Source of the DNA: Plasmodiophora brassicae | Taxonomy: Eukaryota | DNA: 64,000 nt | Assembly (NCBI GenBank): GCA_036867785.1 | Contig: CP145428.1 | Coordinates: 558,001 to 622,000, forward strand | Direction: 5' to 3' | Shown here: in pieces, positions 35,443 through 48,299 of the stretch | How the letters are laid out: every line of letters begins with the position of its first letter | Position numbering within the stretch: the stretch's first letter is position 1 | Translations under genes and position numbers: made by a program | Notes under the pieces: generated by a model | Databases searched by the model: none | What the model saw: only the letters and a program-made list of their open reading frames with translations | What the model was told of the DNA's origin: nothing

Positions 35443-36575
35443 ATGGGCGTGATGGGTGTCACGACAGCACTGGCGCTGGCAACATTAGTAGGGTTGTATG
35501 GGACAATAACCGCCGATACGACGTGGACCCGGCCTCAGGTTGGCATGGGCTGGCAGGCAGGTGGACTGGATCATCCCAGAGTAACGCTGGCTAACGCTCG
35601 CGCATGGCTTGCTGTAGTGGGAGCTGGCCTTCAAGACTGTACCGAACGTGGCGACGCCCAACGTGCCCGTGTGGGACGTTGACCCTGAACAACTCGCTCC
35701 GAGTAACATCCCCGCGCTGATGAGCGCCCTGCGCGCCAATAACCGGTACATCATTTGCTACGTCAACGGTATGGCCTTCTAGCGCTAGGCACGTCGTTGC
35801 TATCATTTCCGTTTGTCTGATATGGTGGGCGTCAGTGGGTTCCCTGGACACGGCCAAGTCCGATGCGAACCTGTTCACGGCGGTGACGCCCACGATCGTT
35901 GGTGCCGCGTATCCGGGCTGGCCTGGCGAGTACTTCCTCGACATTCGGCGCAACGAGACGCGAGCGCTGGTCAAGGCACGGCTCCAGCGCATGGCGTCGT
36001 ACGGGTGCCATGCCATCGAACCCGACAACCTGGATAGCTACTCGTTCTCCAACGGATTCGGCCTGACCGTTAACGACGCCCTGGACTACCTGAACTGGGT
36101 CGCAGCGTCGGTGCACGATCTGGGCATGGCGGTTGGCCTGAAGAACTGCGGCGACCTGGTCACGCCCCACAACCTGGTGCCCACGTTCGAGTTCGCTGTC
36201 GTCGAGTCCTGCGCCGAATCCTCGGGCAGCTGTGAACAGTACGCGCCGTTCATCCAGGCGGGCAAGCCCGTGTTCGCCGCTGAGTACACTGACGCCGGTT
36301 CAGGTGGCTGCCCCATCATCTCGTCAGTCGCGACGGCGTGTGCGGCCACGAACGGGCAGGGCTTCGAGGGCATCATCAAAACGTGCGGCCTGGGCCCTGA
36401 CTGGCAGGCCTGTCAGACGTATGACAGCAACGGGTATCGAGCAGGACAAGGAGCACCTGGAACGTCTCCGCCCCCAGCACCAACGCCGAGTACGTCAGGA
36501 GCGTCACCGATCGACAAGACGGGTGCAGCGGCCTGTACTATTGTTGTCATGGTCGGCGCTTTGCTCGCTTTCTAA
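35443..36575 (+). CDS. Secreted, probably GPI-anchored GH114-family glycoside hydrolase (endo-alpha-1,4-polygalactosaminidase-like); two introns
   Basis: Signal peptide; WDVD, YIICYVNVGS, EYFLDIR, GCHAIEPDNLDSY, GLKN, FAVVESC, GKPVFAAEY; Pro/Ser/Thr linker and hydrophobic C-terminus. Confidence 0.9.
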
Positions 36576-37034
36576 GTCAGTACACGACGGCCCTGCAGAT
36601 CCGCCATGATTCGCAAGCCAGCATGGAACATGGCTACCATTGCGACCGCACTGGAAGCCTTGTCGAGGTATCGACGAGACTTGTCGTCGGCGCCGCCTGC
36701 CCGTTGGATCCGCGTATGCCGGCACACCCGGGATCTCTATCGGCGGGGACACATCGTCGCCCTTGTGATTCGGGCACCATCGACCGAGGAAGTACTCGGG
36801 ACCATGCGACTCCATGATGAAACCGTCCGCCTCCCGGATGGGCAGCGCTGGCGTTCCCAGCACTCGGGCATGGATCACGGCTCCGTCGGCCAGAACGGGG
36901 GATCGGCGAGGCGGCACGGGTAACGTAAGAGAGCGCTCACGAATCTCGTTCCTTCTTCCGCTCGGCCGACGGGGAGTGCCAGTCGCCCCGACGCAACGTT
37001 ATTCCGATAGTGGACGTCGACGAGGAGCGACGAG

Positions 37035-37676
37035 ATGCACGTGATCAAGGCTGGCGCGCTGGGCTTCGTGGCGGGGCTCGCGATCCGCGAGCTCATCGAG
37101 TGTACGGGGGGACAGTGTGCACCTGGTGGCGCTGCACCTACTGACTGTTGCCACGTGCGCCTCCTAGGCTGGCGTCGACGACACCGCCCGTCACCGCGTG
37201 TCGTCGCGTTGTCGACCCTCGCGCCCCTGGCACCAGCTGTGCCAACTGTCAAACCGGCACCGCCAGCGCCCCCTGCTCCTGCAGTACCCGCACCACCGCC
37301 GGCGCCCCCTGCGCCTGCAGTACCCGCACCACCGCCGGCGCCTCCTGCTCCTGCCGCACCGGCGCCAGCACCACCGCTGGCGCCCGCTGAGCCACGTCGT
37401 CCTCCTGCACAGGTGGAACAGCAGGGGCCAGCTCCACCGCGCACGACATCGATCGCGAAGGCGAGCACGTTGCTCGACGAGTTGCAAGTCGCAGTGAATC
37501 GCCGTCGCTCATCCACCAACAGCTGTGCCGACGCGAGCAACGCCTGCGCCGGGTCGATTTCGTTCAAACCTCCGCCAGCGAATCAGCCGGCGGCCCGGGC
37601 GACGCCGGGCAACTTCCGAGACGAACTGGCACGCGCCCTGCAACGTCGCCGAGTGTCGCTGGGCGCCGACGAATGA
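37035..37676 (+). CDS. Small proline-rich protein with N-terminal hydrophobic anchor and 36-bp PPPAPPAPAVPA repeats
   Basis: 213-aa ORF; probable in-frame intron 37102-37167; tandem repeat ~37255-37375; two L.DEL...RRR helices. Confidence 0.65.
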   Translation: MHVIKAGALGFVAGLAIRELIECTGGQCAPGGAAPTDCCHVRLLGWRRRHRPSPRVVALSTLAPLAPAVPTVKPAPPAPPAPAVPAPPPAPPAPAVPAPPPAPPAPAAPAPAPPLAPAEPRRPPAQVEQQGPAPPRTTSIAKASTLLDELQVAVNRRRSSTNSCADASNACAGSISFKPPPANQPAARATPGNFRDELARALQRRRVSLGADE

Positions 37677-38949
37677 GGAAGACGCCAGACATGATACAAC
37701 ACCATACGTGGGACACTGATGCTGTGCGATGAGGGCGTATGGTGCGTTGCAGAGTTCCCGACAGGTCGCAGGTCCGGGTACGTCCCATAATGCCGGCGCC
37801 CGACGCGCTCGCCCGCGTCTCTGCCGACACGTTTCGCGCGTTACGTGAAACCAGGAGGCGGTTAGCGACCCGGTGCTGACGTCACGCTTCTGGATGCTGG
37901 CTCGTCGGCGTTTGGTTAAGAGCGCGCGCGCTGGCCCTGCATACGGCTACCGAGGAACGCGCGTTTTGTCTTCCAGGCCGGGCCAGGCGCTCGTTCTTCC
38001 CACGGGTGTTCATCGTTCCTACAGCGGACGGGTTCCGAACTCGAGAGCGCCGGGCGAGTTCTTTGTTTCGCCGACAACTCGTGCAGGGCATGCCAGTACC
38101 TGTACACAAGCTCAACTATCCGTGTTGCCTCTAGCGTCTCCGTCCAATGGGTCGAGAGACGGGACCAGCTTGGTGGATTTGACAACGCCTGCTATCTGGT
38201 AGGAAACCAGGCACCATACCGTCGCGCCCATTTACGGTCGCGTCTTACAGCAGATGATTTGCTTCCGTTGAAGAGACGCATGAATGACCTCATATAGTTC
38301 CAGCGCCCTGCCTTACAGGGATCGGTTCGCAAACGCGCGGTTGCCCGCCGGGTGGTCATCGTTCCCGCCAGAGTCTTGCTCATCTATCACGACCGCCCTC
38401 GCCTTCATCTCCTTCTAATACCTGGTATTAGCTTCAGTGAATCTAACGGCAGGACAGTGCCGGTGGACCCGATTATCACGTCCTTGCGTTCAACCGCTGA
38501 CCGCGCTGCAGGGTCCGTTCGGTTCTTGTGGACATAGCTTCCGCAGGAGAAACACTTGTCGTCACCCTCTACACCTATACAGCATCATTTAGACTGTGCC
38601 AGACGCAGCGAAACACGTTAGACGACGTACTGCAGATAATGCGTCCACAAGTCGAGCAATTCGTGAACACGTCATGTTGCGTCCCGAAGCAGTCACACCG
38701 TTCCGGTCTGCAGGACGCATCCATTAACGAAATCCACAGGGAAGGGAAACTCGTCATTAACACCGACGTTTCGAGGGACCGGGTTTCTTCGCGGAAGGCA
38801 CCGTCTTGATGATCAATCCTCGGCCTCGGCTAGGGTCGACGGGACTTTCTGTCACCTTCTGGATTTCCCACGGCCTGCTGCCGGTGCTTCATACGCGTCG
38901 ATGGAGTCTGGGAACAGGCGTTGGGCAAGTTCGCGCGCGAATGCCGCGC

Positions 38950-41900
38950 CATTCTTCTCAGCAACATCCTGAAGCGTTTAACAAATCACCGATGACCAAT
39001 AGTTGCCCGCGGCCTGCTGTGGACACTTGTTGGAAGGCAGACTCCGCCGTATCCAGACTTGTACCTGGCGAATATGCATCACAATTCGCCAGGTTGTCCA
39101 GCGTCATCGAGAAGGACGTACGAATCCGTCGGTTGGTCGCGACTTCGAAATCCTTCACCAGACTTCGATACCGGTACCTCCACGAATGGTCATAGGATAC
39201 AGACGTCCAATGCCCGGAGGTAATGATATGGACATGAAGCCAGCATCGCTCGACTTCTGACAGTTCATAATTCGAAAGCGGAGGGAGAACTTCAATACCG
39301 GTAGGCAGCATCGCGGGAGTAGCTGGCACAGCGTCTTCGACGCTGCCAGAATTCTCGCCAAAGAGAACATGTTGCCGTTTGCCACCGAATAGAACTGGCG
39401 ATAATGGCCTCGCAAGAAAACAGCACCCAATGTCATCTGGAGGTTGCCAGCGATATTAATGGTCTGGGAAATAGTCGATTCCAGGTTCTCCTTCATGAAG
39501 AAAATCCAACGCTCCATGGGGAACGTCCAGATAAATCCGTACAAAGGATCCCAACGAAGAACTACGTCGGGTAGGTGCACTAAGGAATGCATCTGACGAA
39601 ATAACGTTTGAGCGTTAGAGAAAACAATGATGCTGCGCGAAGACATTCGGTCGTGCAGCCCATGATGTTCCGGTCTGGGCTGTAAAGGACAGTGCACGTT
39701 ACCCTGCGAAGACTGTTGCGGGGACGAAGAGGTCTTCTATGGCCATGGAAATCGATGCAATGCTCGAGGACCTTGTCTGGATAACTGGAGTGGCGGCCAA
39801 ACCGAAGAACCCACTTGTTTCGACATGGTGGAAGGCGGACCACCATGTCGAAACAAGTGGGTTCTTCGGTTGCCGCCACTCCAGTTATCCAGACAAGGTC
39901 CTCGAGCATTGCATCGATTTCCATGGCCATAGAGACCTCTTCGTCCCCGCAACAGTCTTCGCAGGGTAACGTGCACTGTCCTTTACAGCCCAGACCGGAA
40001 CATGATGGCCTGCACGACCGAACATCTTCTGCACCTACGAAGAGAAGTTAACAGCGAGACGGCTGCAAGCAAGGGTAAACAAAATACCTGAGTGTTGTAG
40101 AAAGAATACCCGTTGCCGAAAATGTCCAACGACACGAACAGGGGTTTCACCGTCCTCAAACACATCGCGTGCAGAGCATCATGGACGTAACTGGACCGAT
40201 GGCCGAAACTGCTCAACAGCCCCACAGAGTAAACGTCGTATCCGGGCTCGCGGAATCCTCCTTTGTCGTTAGAATTGCGAGATCTCGGGGAACTGGACGC
40301 CATGTTCGACGACTTATCTCGTCGTCGCTCTTCGGAAGGACATCCGAGCGAAGCTCTTCCAGGCTCCGGAGATCCTTTGGATATTCGTCTTTCGGAATCG
40401 CACTAAGCATTTCGCCGAGAGTCATCTGTCAACTGCAACGCTGAGTCAGACTTCAGAAAGTCGTCAACTTGCCATGCCAGCTTACAGTTTCCTTAATGGT
40501 AGGACTTGCAAACAGGAACGACCCGTGGTTTGTGAAAGGGCCATTGTAGTTGTACGCCACGACAATACCATAGCGACCTGGATGCACCGGACATGCTTAA
40601 CAGTTCCGACATAGGAGCCGGACACAGGAAAACTGTAGTGGTACATCAAATTCATCTCAAACGCATCTAAGCGTTGAAAGATACGTCGGTGCTTCTTTGC
40701 AATGTTGGGGATCAACCCGACCGGCAACATGAGACCCAGGTTGCAGCGAACAGCGGCAGGTAGTCCCAAGACCAGTTGCACAAGTGGGACGACAGACTTG
40801 GATCCCCAGCTGAGAACATCCGCACCATCCGTCATCGACGACAGCGGAAGAGGAAACTCTCTGCTGGCAATGCGTTCCCGTAAGAACGGTGCATTCCCAC
40901 AAGAGAAGGTTCCCCATCCGTCCAGTCACGAACAGTAGCAGGATTCGCGTCGCGTGACAAGGTCTCCTGATGCCGATCGAGCTCTTCGTGCAACAATTGA
41001 CACAACGAAGAACAGCGGAACAGGCACTGGATCATCAGGATCCGAGAGAAGTATAGAAAAGGTTCGGACGTCGGGCAGCACATGTCGGCAGGTGGGGTTG
41101 TACCATGTCGCCACATATGCCCTTGGTCGCAGACTTGGTATCGAATAAATGGGACGGTAACACCAAGACGGTAACACCAACGTCCAGAAGGTACTTCCGA
41201 AGCTGGCGGACCGACGAAATCGCGGTCGACGAGTCCGTGCCCAACTCTCTCAGGAGGTCACCAACAACGACACCACGCGTCAAACCGAAGTCAATGATCT
41301 GTGAAATGCGCTCCATCGTCATACACTGCATATGATGTAATTATAATGCAGTTACCGCTTTGTTTTGTCGGTCGCGAAATTGGGTATCGAATACATCTAG
41401 GGTGGCCTGATCAAGGCCGTGATGGGTCGGCAGAGGCGTCAATCGCCTGGAGATTTCCTTCTCCACTAAATCGTACAAGCGAAGCTCGTTACGATACTTC
41501 GATGCGTTGGCTTCCCGCCAACATGCAAACGGCTCCATGGAGTTGCGGGCATCGGTTTCCAGAGGTGCTGGCCGTATATCGAAGAAGCGAACAGTCATAC
41601 CGGCGGCGCCATCGTCTACCTTAATCGTCGGCCTGCAAGGACGCTGTGCCCGATAACGATCCGCGAAGAAGCTCAGGTCCAACTTGATACGATTTTCTGC
41701 CGCATTGCCAAGGCCCGATCGGAATCGATTCGAGAGGAAGGTCGGTGCGAGTGGCGATGATAATTCCGCATCCGGCAGGCGATCAGGCCGTCCCGAACGC
41801 ATATCGGGGACGCGAACAGAGGATCCGCCGGGATCATCACCACGAGAACGACGACCACCGCTCATTGGCTCTGCGGAGCTCACGGAGAAGTTACACAGCC

Positions 41901-42053
41901 TCCTTTTGACCCAGAGGTTGCGCATGCCTCCAGATCAGCATGAGTGCATGACCAATGATCCCTGTGACGGTTCCTGGGAGGGGCTGCTTGGGACGGAGAG
42001 CCCCCATATCGCCCCCCATCGTCCCAAATAGAAGCCCAATTTACTTCCCAGTG
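38950..42053 (-). mobile_element. CACTA/EnSpm-like DNA transposon, copy 2 (diverged paralog of copy 1, frameshifted)
   Basis: FDIRPA.LETDARN, YFSRIL.IQCLFR, WTDG, DGADVLSW, HDALH, MHSLVHLPDVVLRWDPL...WTFPMERW and HSWR.RYR.LVKDF are all shared with copy 1. Candidate CACTG terminus at 42053-42049; left end not found. Confidence 0.82.
39639..40029. repeat. Near-perfect hairpin with ~190-bp arms (39639-39831 / 39840-40029) and an 8-nt loop
   Basis: ...cgacatggtgg-aaggcgga-ccaccatgtcg...; MAMEIDAMLEDLVWITGVAA is encoded on both strands; a few substitutions and 1-2 nt indels. Confidence 0.97.
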
Positions 42054-43109
42054 TATACGCCTCCAGGTCCCCGTCTGTTCCCGATCGATCTACAGAATCT
42101 GATCAGCGGTCCCATCGACATCATCCGAAGCCCAGCAACGACCGGAGCCGCTGGCGGACCCATTCGACTAGCTGCTGCTACTGATGCTCATCCTCCGCCA
42201 TGCTAGCCAGGGTAGGCACCGAACACGTAACGTGACCGGATGTCGCGACGTTCGCCGTCGCGGGCTCTGTGACGAACGTCCCTGACGTCATCCTCCGTGG
42301 CGCCGCGTCCAGGTTTGCTCGACGATGCCTGAGCGAGATGTCAGGACGTACCAACTCAGAGGGCCTGCCAGAGCGGCCCGACTTGCTAAAGGACGACGTG
42401 CCCCTGGTCCAAGACGTTCCGCAATGCTCGCCAAGACTAGGCCCCGATGCGATGCAGGCCACCGTTCGCATAGGACGACGCGCGCTGTTTACTGCCATCG
42501 AGTCACTGTATGCGACTCGTGCGGGTATAGTGACCCAGCTGACGACTTGAGGGTCACGCCGGGGGGACGCGATAGGTATCAGTCGAATACCCACTGGCCA
42601 GGGATGTTTTTAGAGACAGGAACGGGTGTCACGAACCGTGACAGTGCGCTCGCGAGAGCAGCCTGATCGTGTGCGGCTTCTGCTGCCCTTGATCAAGGAG
42701 ATGACGCGGGTCGTGCCGTCCAGCAGAACACGAGGGGCGCATCTCATTACAGGCAGAACGAGGACGACCGCTTTTCGTCCGCAAGCTGTTCGACGCAAAC
42801 GGGGTGGTCGCCGGTTCTGACACGCAAATGACGGGGGATGATCGACGGTGCAATACAACAGAGGCTGCTATGCGATGTCGTCGCTGCTGAAACATGACGG
42901 GTTAGCGTCCACCGCCGGTAGCGACTTGGATCAGGTTTGCATCGTCGAACCGATACCGTCGGCTTTCAAGCGGGGCGAATGGAAATTGGAACCCCCAGAT
43001 TGACCATTCTACAGTGCTTCCAGGCACAGCGCAAAGTGTCAATCACATAGTCTCAGACCGGCCGTAGATAGGCGAGCCTGTAGGAGAGCACCATCGGTCC
43101 GCGCCCGCG

Positions 43110-44477
43110 ATGACTAGGCGCCGTCCCAACTGGACCGAAATCAGCAGAATCGTATCGGCGGTCGTCGCCCTTGCCTACATGCCATACTATCTTTGGCGGT
43201 TTTACACGCGACGTGACCGCCAGCCCATACGATCCCGGTTCCCCATCCGATCTCTGACCGGCGCCTCATCCTTCTTTATCTACCTGATGTTTGAGGCGCT
43301 GTTCGCCTGCTTTCCTGACGCGCCGTACCTGCTGACCTTCATCAACGTACTCGTCATCTTCTTCTTCGGCATCCAGATTATCGTCATACGCGTGTTGACG
43401 CTGTTCGCCCGATACCATATCCAGCTGCTGCTGGCTTCCAGAACGGAATACTGCGACGCAAGCACAATCCGGACGATTCATTTCTGGAGGCGAATCAGTA
43501 GGTTTTCGTTCTGCATCAAGGCGGTCTGCTTCTGGCAAGTCATGCAATTCGCCCCGATTCTAGCCGTATGGATCATCGTGCCGCAGCTCGCGCTCCAGCC
43601 CGAATTCGGCCAGTCTTCCGATCCCGCCTCTAGCATCGGGACCCGGATCTTGCAGATCGATCTGGCTATCCTCTGCGCCATTGACGTGATCGCCGCCATA
43701 TGCCTCTCGTACACGCTGCGTCGCTCCAGGGACATCTTTGGCATCGGAAAAGAGTTCGGTCGTGTCGCGTGGATCTTCATCACCTGGGCCATCTACACAT
43801 TCGTCCTCCAATTCGTCTTCATGGCGAGCAGCGAGACTGCGGTCAAGGCCGCGAACATCGTCGGGGGCCAGGTGCTGATCCACGTTCTGTTTATCGTGCA
43901 GATCGTCGTTCCTGTCATTGATTCGTACTACGCCGATAGCTGGACGGCGTCCAGCGTCTTGCACGACATGGCGAGCGATTTCGAGATCTTTTTATCGACC
44001 GACAAAGGCGGCGCTGCCTTGCGTGCCTTTGCAACGAAATCCTTGACCTTGGAGTCGATCCTGTTCCTCGACGCCGAACGTAAATACCGGATGATTTGTC
44101 GGGATGGCGATGACGAGGAAGAGCGACTCGATATGATTGACACGATGATATCTGATTTCCTCATGCCGAACGCGCCGATGGAACTGAACATCAGTGCCGG
44201 AACGGCGGAGCGATATCGTCGGCGGAACCTGCTGGCCAACGTGTCCGTTACGTTCAGGGAACTATCAAGGGAATCCAATGTCAGCACGTTGGAGGACGGC
44301 ATGGACCTGTTCAATCCCGTGTACAAGGAGGTCATCGATCTGCTGATCAATGACGTTTTCCCCAGGTTTCTGCAGGAACCGGGCATGTTGGAACTATGGG
44401 AAGAGTTCAAGGAGCGGCGGCAAGAGTTGAACATGCTCAGCACACCGCGGGTCTCCACGCGATCCTTCGCTGTATGA
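43110..44477 (+). CDS. 7TM-RGS protein 2, intronless
   Basis: QPIRSRFP, about seven hydrophobic helices, DIFGIGKEF; RGS motifs FATKSLTLESILFL...FLMPNAPMELNIS...DVFPRF. Confidence 0.9.
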   Translation: MTRRRPNWTEISRIVSAVVALAYMPYYLWRFYTRRDRQPIRSRFPIRSLTGASSFFIYLMFEALFACFPDAPYLLTFINVLVIFFFGIQIIVIRVLTLFARYHIQLLLASRTEYCDASTIRTIHFWRRISRFSFCIKAVCFWQVMQFAPILAVWIIVPQLALQPEFGQSSDPASSIGTRILQIDLAILCAIDVIAAICLSYTLRRSRDIFGIGKEFGRVAWIFITWAIYTFVLQFVFMASSETAVKAANIVGGQVLIHVLFIVQIVVPVIDSYYADSWTASSVLHDMASDFEIFLSTDKGGAALRAFATKSLTLESILFLDAERKYRMICRDGDDEEERLDMIDTMISDFLMPNAPMELNISAGTAERYRRRNLLANVSVTFRELSRESNVSTLEDGMDLFNPVYKEVIDLLINDVFPRFLQEPGMLELWEEFKERRQELNMLSTPRVSTRSFAV

Positions 44478-45248
44478 ACAGATTGGATACAAGGTCAAGA
44501 ATCTCCATTTGACCAAGACTGCTCTGTGTAAAACGTCTCCTCGGTTCCGTCGTATGAACCTGGCGTCGCATCGGGCGCTGCACTGCAGATCGATAAATTC
44601 AGAGTGTACACCTGAACCGGCGCCAACACACATCATACTGGACGATGTGGTTGCCGTGTCTATGTAGGTATGCGTGGTCTGCTCGCGGGGAACGTGCCTG
44701 TGACTTCAATGCGGCCGACAGGGGCCGCCCTGTTCCGTCGAAGCACTCACATGTGCGACGTTCCGGAAGAACGGCAGCCGCGGATCCAATGCGTTCTGCA
44801 AGGCCAAGCGTTACGCTTATCCCACTACATGGGCTGGTTCGCGGAGCAAGGCTTCGCGCCCGCCATCGATTGGAAGGCGTTGCCCCGCAAGTCCCAGCCT
44901 GCGCTCGAAGGTACCCCGGTGCGATCCACCTGTCCGCGCCAGCATCGTCACCGTCGTTCCTGCGCCGACCATGGAATCTGGAGATGGGAATCAGGAACCG
45001 ATCCTGCCGTCCGTAATCAACAAGGCTATCGCCTTGCCATGAGTCGACAAGCCCTGTGGGGGTCAGACTGAGGTGTTTCAATGTACGCTGATTCCTATCG
45101 TACGTTACTGGCGGCAAGCGGGCTGCGCTTTGCCACCCGGCCACCTGGTACGTATGTCAGCTCCTGTCTCCTTCACAGTTCAAACTCGCAAAGTCTATCG
45201 ATGACCCAGCCGTCTCTTTTCGTTCGTCTAGCTCGGTGCGTCGGTGGC

Positions 45249-48183
45249 ATGACCGTTCAGCTGCGTTTTTGGTGTTGGGGCGTTGTTATTGTTGGGTCTG
45301 CAGTGTGCCAGTTCACATGCGACACGAACCCGTGTATGTTCCTGTCGCCGGCACAGACCTGTTGCCCGACGTACCCCTGCCAGAACACGTCCAATCCCAA
45401 TGAACAGTTCGTCGAACTGGCTATTATTGAGAACTTCTCCTACGGCAACTATCGCTCTATTCAAGTTGCCATTGACCGTACGTCATCGTCCGCTTACTCT
45501 CAGCCACATCATGTCTGATGTCCCTCATCGTGCAGATATCAACAAAAATGCATGGTTTCCTGGAAAAATCGCTCGCGTCCGCTGGATGGATCCGAACCAG
45601 GATACGTATCGTATATACAAGGCCTTCTTCTGTACGGCGCTCAACAACATGTCATTCGCGTTGCCGGCCACAACTCCGATCCTCCTGGGTGCGTTTGTTG
45701 TTCACGATAACAATAATTCTGGTCCAATGAACGTCCTTGATTTCAGGGCCTGCATACAGTCCACAAGCGGTACGTGGAAAGACTGCCGTCTACGACCTAC
45801 TTCACCTTACCTATTGATCATGCTCAGGTCTCAATTGCGTCTATTGCGGGATACATGGGATTACCCATGATTGGTTCGACGGCAACAGACCCTGCACTTT
45901 CTGATAAGACAACATATCCGACGTTCAACCGCCTCGAGCCACCAGAGTAATGGATTAAGTGGTGTTCCGTTGAAGGTTTCGTCTTGTTAATAAATGTGTG
46001 CGCATAGCAACAAGCAGAGTATCGCGATCGTTGAAACTCTCAAGTACTTCGGGTGGCACAGGATCTGCATTATCAGGTGCGGAGGGCATACTGTCACGTA
46101 ACGTGAGTGACCTAAGGCCCATAATGGTGCAGTACGTCTGATACATATGGAACGGGCTTGACGAATGCCCTCGTCGCAAGAGCATTGTCAAACAATATCA
46201 CTATTGCCGCTGTCGTATCGTTCGATCCGCAGGCCTCACCTGTCGAGCAACTCCAACGCATGTATGTCGTTGTTTTGGCATAGCACAGCGATGGCACAAT
46301 TTTACAACGTGATCTGTTCAGTATGGACACCCAAGTTCGTATCATCGTTGCGCCGCTGCTGAACAGTCCCGCCGACACCGTGTTTCAAGCGGCGGCCACC
46401 ATGGGCCTCACCGAACCGCAATACGTCTGGTTTGGTACCGATGGTCTCAACGTAGCCAACTTGCCGGCGAGCTATCCCAGGGTCTGTCAGCAATTTGTCG
46501 CTATCAGGAACAAAGTTTAACTTGAATTGTTGCGGCCAGGGCCTGCTCATGTCGCTGATGTACTTGGACGTGACGAATCCGATGTTGGGGACCTGGGCGA
46601 CAGAGTACGTGATGAAGTCGCAGACGAATCGAGCACTCGGGTACTCGGCGCCGTACTCGCCGTACCCGTACGATGTTACGTTGTTCGGATTCTACGTCAT
46701 CCGCAAGATGATGCAACAAGGCATTCCGATGACACCTGCCAACGTCCTGTCTATGATTCGCAACACGACCATGCTGGGCGCCGTATGTGTTCCCGTTATG
46801 TCATTGGCACCCGTGTTAATATCGTCTGTTTCAGACGGGTCTCATTGAGTTGGACGCGAATGGGGATCGCATTGGCCAATACTGTGTAAAGAATCTGGTG
46901 CAGCAGCAGGATGGGTCCCTGAAATTCCAAACGTCGCTCGTGCTTGACCAAATAACTGGCCAGGTCGCAGTCCACAATGCTCCTGTATTCGGCGACGGCA
47001 CCAGCAGCGTACCGGTCGATGCCCCGCAGGTTCGCGATCAGCTCGTATCTGCGACAAACTCGTCTTGTATCGCCATGATCATCATCGCCACCATTGGACT
47101 GATTGCTGCTGCGTCCTGTTTGGCGTTCAACGAAAAGAACCGCGCCCTGACGTACATCAAGATGTCCAGCCCGACATTGAACAACCTCATCATCGCCGGT
47201 TGCATGTTGGCTTACTTGTCCATCATCGTCACGTCATTGTTATCGCTTGGGGCACCCTTATCGAACGCGGCCTTGTGCACGTCGCGTACCGTCATGCTGT
47301 CAATGGCGTTTTCATTGGGGTTCGGCGTCCTCTCGGTCAAGACGTGGCGTGTCGCGCGAATCTTCTCGATGGGCGAGTTGCGCATCGTCAAGATCACCGA
47401 TGGCAACCTATTGCTGAAGGTATCCGTCTTACTCGGCATCGACGCCCTCTTACTCGTCATATGGTTCGCTGGGTTCCCTCTGCATAGCACGCGCACGAAT
47501 CTGAACCTGGTGGAGGACCCGACCGATCCTCTCAAATGGCACCTTCAAAGATACGTCGTCATGTGCTCGTCGTCCTCCATGACGATTTTCACCGATGTGC
47601 TTCTTGCCTACAAGGTACGCGTCGGATATAACAGCGCAACCTCGTCAACCTGACCATGTCTGTAGGCCCTTGTGATCGTTGCCAGTGCGTTTCTGGCGTT
47701 CAAGACGTCGCACGTGCAGATCCCGGCTATGAACGACTCGAAACAGATCGGCCTGGCGATTTACACCTCCGGGTGGGCATGGCTGGCTGAACGTACAGGG
47801 ACCAGATTGCTGACAATTGCCGCGCTAGGTTGATTTCGGTCATTGTGCTGCCTACGTTAGATCTCGTTGATGTCGGCAAACCCGATGCTGCCCTAGTTGT
47901 GTCATCGATGGCCATCTGGGCGTGTGCATCGTCGATTTTGACGATCGTGTTCCTCCCCAAAGTGTACAACGTGACGACCGGTGCTCACAGCAATCTGACG
48001 GCGACGAATTCGGTTCGTCATATTCGCACGCCCGGGGATATCGCCGGCGGGTTCAAGACCATCGACAAGAATAAGACGTCGACGACACCGACCCAGTCGA
48101 CCGGGAAAAACGCCGACTCGACTCGTAAACCGACCGAGTCGGGCGCTCCAGCTCAGCATGGCCTGTTCTTCGAACCGAAGTGA
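45249..48183 (+). CDS. Class C (GABA-B-like) GPCR with Venus-flytrap ectodomain, multi-exon
   Basis: Signal peptide; TDPALSDKTTYPTFNR, YPYD, DANGDRIG (ANF-receptor-like); IKMSSPTLNNLIIAGCMLAY, KTWRVARIF, PAMNDSKQIGLAIY, IVFLPK (7tm_3). Confidence 0.9.
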
Positions 48184-48299
48184 TATGACCGGATGGGCCT
48201 CCTAATGCGAATACTATCATTTAATAGCGAGATATTAACGAGCCCTTAGCAACGTTTGCATAGCATCGGACAGCCGCAATGTTCCGCTCACTCTGCTGG

